Shown here piece by piece: positions 27,664 through 30,288 of a DNA stretch of 30,288 nucleotides. The translations under genes and the position numbers were made by a program. The number at the start of each line of letters is the position of its first letter. The stretch's first letter is position 1. The notes beneath the pieces are model-generated. The model was not told the DNA's origin, did no database searches, and saw only the letters and a list, made by a program, of their open reading frames with translations. Source of the DNA: a virus (lineage: Duplodnaviria > Caudoviricetes); IMG/VR virus record IMGVR_UViG_3300016484_000084, positions 1 through 30,288 of that record; one strand, written 5' to 3'.

Positions 27664-28170
27664 ATGTTACCTATCGTTGCTGGCATCGTTGCCAACCTCA
27701 TCAACAACGGGATGCACAAGGTCGCCGACCAAGTGATCGAAAAAGGCGTTGACGCTGTGCAGGAAAAGCTGGGCATCGAACTGAAGCCCGAAGGCGAAGC
27801 CACCCCCGAGTACAACGCCAAGCTGTCCGCCGAGGCGATGAAGCATGAAGAGTTCATGGCTGAGCTGGATGAGAAAAGCCGACAACGTGCCACCGACATG
27901 CAGATGGCCGCAATGCAGTCTACAGATGTAATGATTCGTAGGTTTCTGTACTACTACGCTTGGTACTGGGGTCTGTTTGCTGGCGCTTATTTCTTTGCTG
28001 TTTCATTCTTGCCCGTTGAGAACCGCAACCGCGACTTCGTGAACATCATCTTGGGCTTCTTGATTGGTACTGCGGTGCCAGCAATCATCGCCTTCTTCTA
28101 CGGCCAAGTGAGCAAGAACCGTGAAGATAACCTAAAGCAAAAGGCAGCACCTGCCGGGGGTGACAAATGA
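27664..28170 (+). CDS. Putative holin
   Basis: Two C-terminal TM helices ending IIAFFYG; directly upstream of the endolysin. Confidence 0.7.
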   Translation: MLPIVAGIVANLINNGMHKVADQVIEKGVDAVQEKLGIELKPEGEATPEYNAKLSAEAMKHEEFMAELDEKSRQRATDMQMAAMQSTDVMIRRFLYYYAWYWGLFAGAYFFAVSFLPVENRNRDFVNIILGFLIGTAVPAIIAFFYGQVSKNREDNLKQKAAPAGGDK

Positions 28171-28823
28171 TCCCAACCATTGCTGACCTTCAGGCCGCCA
28201 AAGTCAAGAACCCTGAAAAGTGGATTGACGCAGTGGTGGCCACCTGCCAAGAGTTCGAGATCAACACACCACAGCGCGTTGCAGCATTCTTAGCGCAAAC
28301 CAGCCACGAGTCTGGTGGTTACACCATGCTCAAAGAAAACCTGAACTACCGCGCCGCAACACTGGCGGCATGTTGGCCAAATCGTTTTGCGGTTCTTGGC
28401 CCCGACAAAAAGCCAATAAAGAAGGACGGCAAGCTGGTGCCAACCAAAGTTGCTGAAGCCATAGCGGGTAAACCCGAACTCATTGCGCCGCTTGTATATA
28501 GCAACCGTATGGGCAACGGCCCCGCTGAATCAGGTGATGCTTTTCGGTACATTGGCAGAGGTCTCAAGCAGCTCACAGGAAAGGACAACTATGCGAGATG
28601 TGGACGCGATCTGGGTGTTGATCTTGTCGGTAATCCTGATCTTTTGCTTGAACCACTGTACGCCGCAAGAAGCGCCGGATGGTTCTGGAAAGCGAACAAC
28701 CTATCCTCATACGCCGACAAAGGCGATCTAGAAGGCATGACCAAAAAGATCAACGGTGGTCTAATTGGTTATGCCCAGCGCAAAGCACTCTATGACAAAT
28801 GTTTGGCTGCCATCAACACATAA
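28167..28823 (+). CDS. Endolysin, glycoside hydrolase family 19
   Basis: AAFLAQTSHES, ENLNY, YIGRGLKQLTGKDNY, SAGWFW, TKKINGG. Confidence 0.95.
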   Translation: MIPTIADLQAAKVKNPEKWIDAVVATCQEFEINTPQRVAAFLAQTSHESGGYTMLKENLNYRAATLAACWPNRFAVLGPDKKPIKKDGKLVPTKVAEAIAGKPELIAPLVYSNRMGNGPAESGDAFRYIGRGLKQLTGKDNYARCGRDLGVDLVGNPDLLLEPLYAARSAGWFWKANNLSSYADKGDLEGMTKKINGGLIGYAQRKALYDKCLAAINT

Positions 28824-28909
28824 CGCATTTCTTGGCATCTGGCGCACTTGTAAAGCAGTGCTAGGCAGTCTCTTTTGCCTTGGAATTCTTCCCATCTATG
28901 TCTGCACAT
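28790..28909 (-). CDS. 39-aa Cys/His mini-protein
   Basis: MCRHRWEE...YKCARCQEMRY...; AGGGGG 5 nt before the ATG; not in the ORF track. Confidence 0.5.
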   Translation of the reverse strand: MCRHRWEEFQGKRDCLALLYKCARCQEMRYVLMAAKHLS

Positions 28910-29118
28910 TTCATCCCCCTGATGTAGACGGCAAATGATGCCACGGTGTCTTGAGCGAATGGGATTTTAAATTCGTTCTCAAGATTTGTGGCGATTTCCT
29001 CAATCACTTCGTTTCTGAATTTCTCAAGTTCTTTGTTTAGATTGGTCATGGCTTTGGCGATCCGTTTGGTGTTGAGTTTGCGGTCAAGTTCCTCAAAGGC
29101 TTCATCTTCAGGAGTCAT
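28861..29118 (-). CDS. Hypothetical protein
   Basis: MTPEDEAFEE...RNEVIEE...DTVASFAVYIRGMK; AAGGAG SD lies in the junction repeat. Confidence 0.75.
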   Translation of the reverse strand: MTPEDEAFEELDRKLNTKRIAKAMTNLNKELEKFRNEVIEEIATNLENEFKIPFAQDTVASFAVYIRGMKCADIDGKNSKAKETA

Positions 29119-29780
29119 GTGTTCTTCTCCTTGAGTTGATAGTCCTTGAACACAGTCCCTTTGCTCGCGTCACCCTTCCAACATTCTTTGACCCACCCAC
29201 GTTTACCTGACTTGTAGGTGCGCCAATGACCTCTGACTTGGTGTCTGCGTGGGCTTGCGTGTGTCCCGCCTTGCGGGTCGTTCTTGGCCTTTGGTGGCTC
29301 AATTTCTACTGTGTGCCAGTCAAACGTCAGGGCTGACTTGCCTTTGGCTTTGCGCTTGGCGTTGATGAATGTACGTTGTGGTGTTGGCTTGTATGCTTGC
29401 GCTTCGCCAGCCAGTTTCAGCAAAACCGCATAGACCATGCGTAGGACGGGCAGGATTTCGTCTTGCGTGACCTTCCTGCCGTGGTTGTAATACTTCATTC
29501 CTTCGTCTGTCAGGATGTAGGCAAACGGCTCAAAATACTTTGTTGGTGCAATGGTGCATCCAGCCACCGTGACGCTGTTTTCTCCTGCGGTTAGCCAAAG
29601 ACTGAACTTCCTGTTTTTGCTGTCTACCCCCGCAATTCCTGTTCGTTTGAATGGCAGATTCATCACCACATCTGCGGGTATGTGCTTGTCAAAGATAGGC
29701 TCCATCATGCCAACATCAAACCACAAAGCAGTTTCAGGCTCTGGAGCAAGTCTGACCGCTTCGCAAATCAAGGGTGTCAT
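29115..29780 (-). CDS. Phage protein with a C-terminal basic His/Arg motif (SPRRHQVRGHWR)
   Basis: 221 aa from the junction-repeat ATG; ends LKEKNT*. Confidence 0.8.
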   Translation of the reverse strand: MTPLICEAVRLAPEPETALWFDVGMMEPIFDKHIPADVVMNLPFKRTGIAGVDSKNRKFSLWLTAGENSVTVAGCTIAPTKYFEPFAYILTDEGMKYYNHGRKVTQDEILPVLRMVYAVLLKLAGEAQAYKPTPQRTFINAKRKAKGKSALTFDWHTVEIEPPKAKNDPQGGTHASPRRHQVRGHWRTYKSGKRGWVKECWKGDASKGTVFKDYQLKEKNT

Positions 29781-30043
29781 GTGTTCTTCTCCTTGAGTTG
29801 TATCTGCGCCCAATGCACACCATCACGCCATGCGCCAGCGGTTTGACCATAGTTGTTGGACTGAATCAGTCCTTGATCTATCTCGGCTGGGTCTAGAGTT
29901 TTCCATTCACACTTGGGTTGCACCAATTCAGTTGCCGCATACGACATGGCTTGCCCTAACTTCTTGACCAGCACTTGTTCAATCAGGGGCACGATGGCCT
30001 CTTGTAGCCACTCACGCAAGGCTTCCTCTTGTTTTGGCGTCAT
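29777..30043 (-). CDS. Hypothetical protein (88 aa)
   Basis: Starts MTPKQ at a junction repeat; ends LKEKNT*. Confidence 0.75.
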   Translation of the reverse strand: MTPKQEEALREWLQEAIVPLIEQVLVKKLGQAMSYAATELVQPKCEWKTLDPAEIDQGLIQSNNYGQTAGAWRDGVHWAQIQLKEKNT

Positions 30044-30177
30044 GTGTTCTTCTCCTTGGGCTTGTTGATCCAACACATCCAGTGATAGACAGTGCCTGAA
30101 TCATTCCAAAACCTGTCTCCCACCTTAAACAGCCCAAAGCATCGTGGGCATTGATGCGGCTTAAATAAATCGTTCAT
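30040..30177 (-). CDS. 45-aa putative Zn-binding protein
   Basis: MNDLFKPHQCPRC...YHWMCWINKPKEKNT*; runs exactly from one repeat to the next. Confidence 0.7.
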   Translation of the reverse strand: MNDLFKPHQCPRCFGLFKVGDRFWNDSGTVYHWMCWINKPKEKNT

Positions 30178-30288
30178 GTGTTCTTCTCCTTGAGTTTGGC
30201 TTCAACTGCACGACCAAATGCTAGGCGGTCTTCTGTTTCCGCAGGTACGGTCAGCCATGTTTTGAACATTTCCTCATCCGTCAGCCCA
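30174..30288 (-). CDS. Hypothetical protein, 3' end (partial)
   Basis: GLTDEEMF...FGRAVEAKLKEKNT*. Confidence 0.7.
   Translation of the reverse strand, partial: GLTDEEMFKTWLTVPAETEDRLAFGRAVEAKLKEKNT

Larger units (their letters stand above)
29115..30192 (-). repeat. Four identical 19-bp gene-junction repeats, CAAGGAGAAGAACACATGA
   Basis: + strand TCATGTGTTCTTCTCCTTG at 29115-29133, 29777-29795, 30040-30058 and 30174-30192; the first two extend to 24 bp identity. Confidence 0.97.
1..30288. mobile_element. Tailed phage genome segment with P22/Sf6-like podovirus morphogenesis module
   Basis: Colinear TerS-TerL-portal-scaffold-coat-gp4-gp10-ejection-lysis order; dense, translationally coupled ORFs; no host housekeeping genes. 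Confidence 0.95.

Noticed and set aside
29781-29813. ORF-track N-terminal extensions (MGADTTQGEEH, also MLDQQAQGEEH at 30044-30076)
   Set aside because: Alternative-frame reading of the junction repeat; the real starts follow the AAGGAG SD at 29780 and 30043
29115-30192. Junction repeats as a CRISPR array
   Set aside because: Spacing is 134-662 bp, each interval is a full ORF, the repeat is non-palindromic, and no cas genes are present

Overview
The window is about 30 kb of a tailed dsDNA phage genome with P22/Sf6-like podovirus morphogenesis genes. A freshwater betaproteobacterial host is an inference from gene content only. The + strand runs in this order: end of a C5 DNA methyltransferase, PD-(D/E)XK nuclease, PAPS-reductase-like protein, small accessory genes, ferritin-like protein, HNH-AP2 endonuclease, GroES, small basic proteins, TerS, TerL, portal, scaffold, coat, decoration protein, GT-A glycosyltransferase, long fibre, gp4-like adaptor, a cassette of small fibre-tip genes, gp10-like hub, ejection proteins, collar fibre, and a lysis block ending in a GH19 endolysin. 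From about 28.8 kb a convergent minus-strand array of small genes is joined by four identical 19-bp junction repeats (SD + start + previous stop, encoding KEKNT*). Other notable points are a 77-bp folded insert flanked by ATGA between terS and terL, a probable ATT-initiated lysis-block gene, a glycosyltransferase inside the capsid module, and one beta-rich domain inserted three times into two tail proteins. No tRNA, rRNA, CRISPR array, integrase or reverse transcriptase was seen. All family calls come from motif recognition, not database searches.
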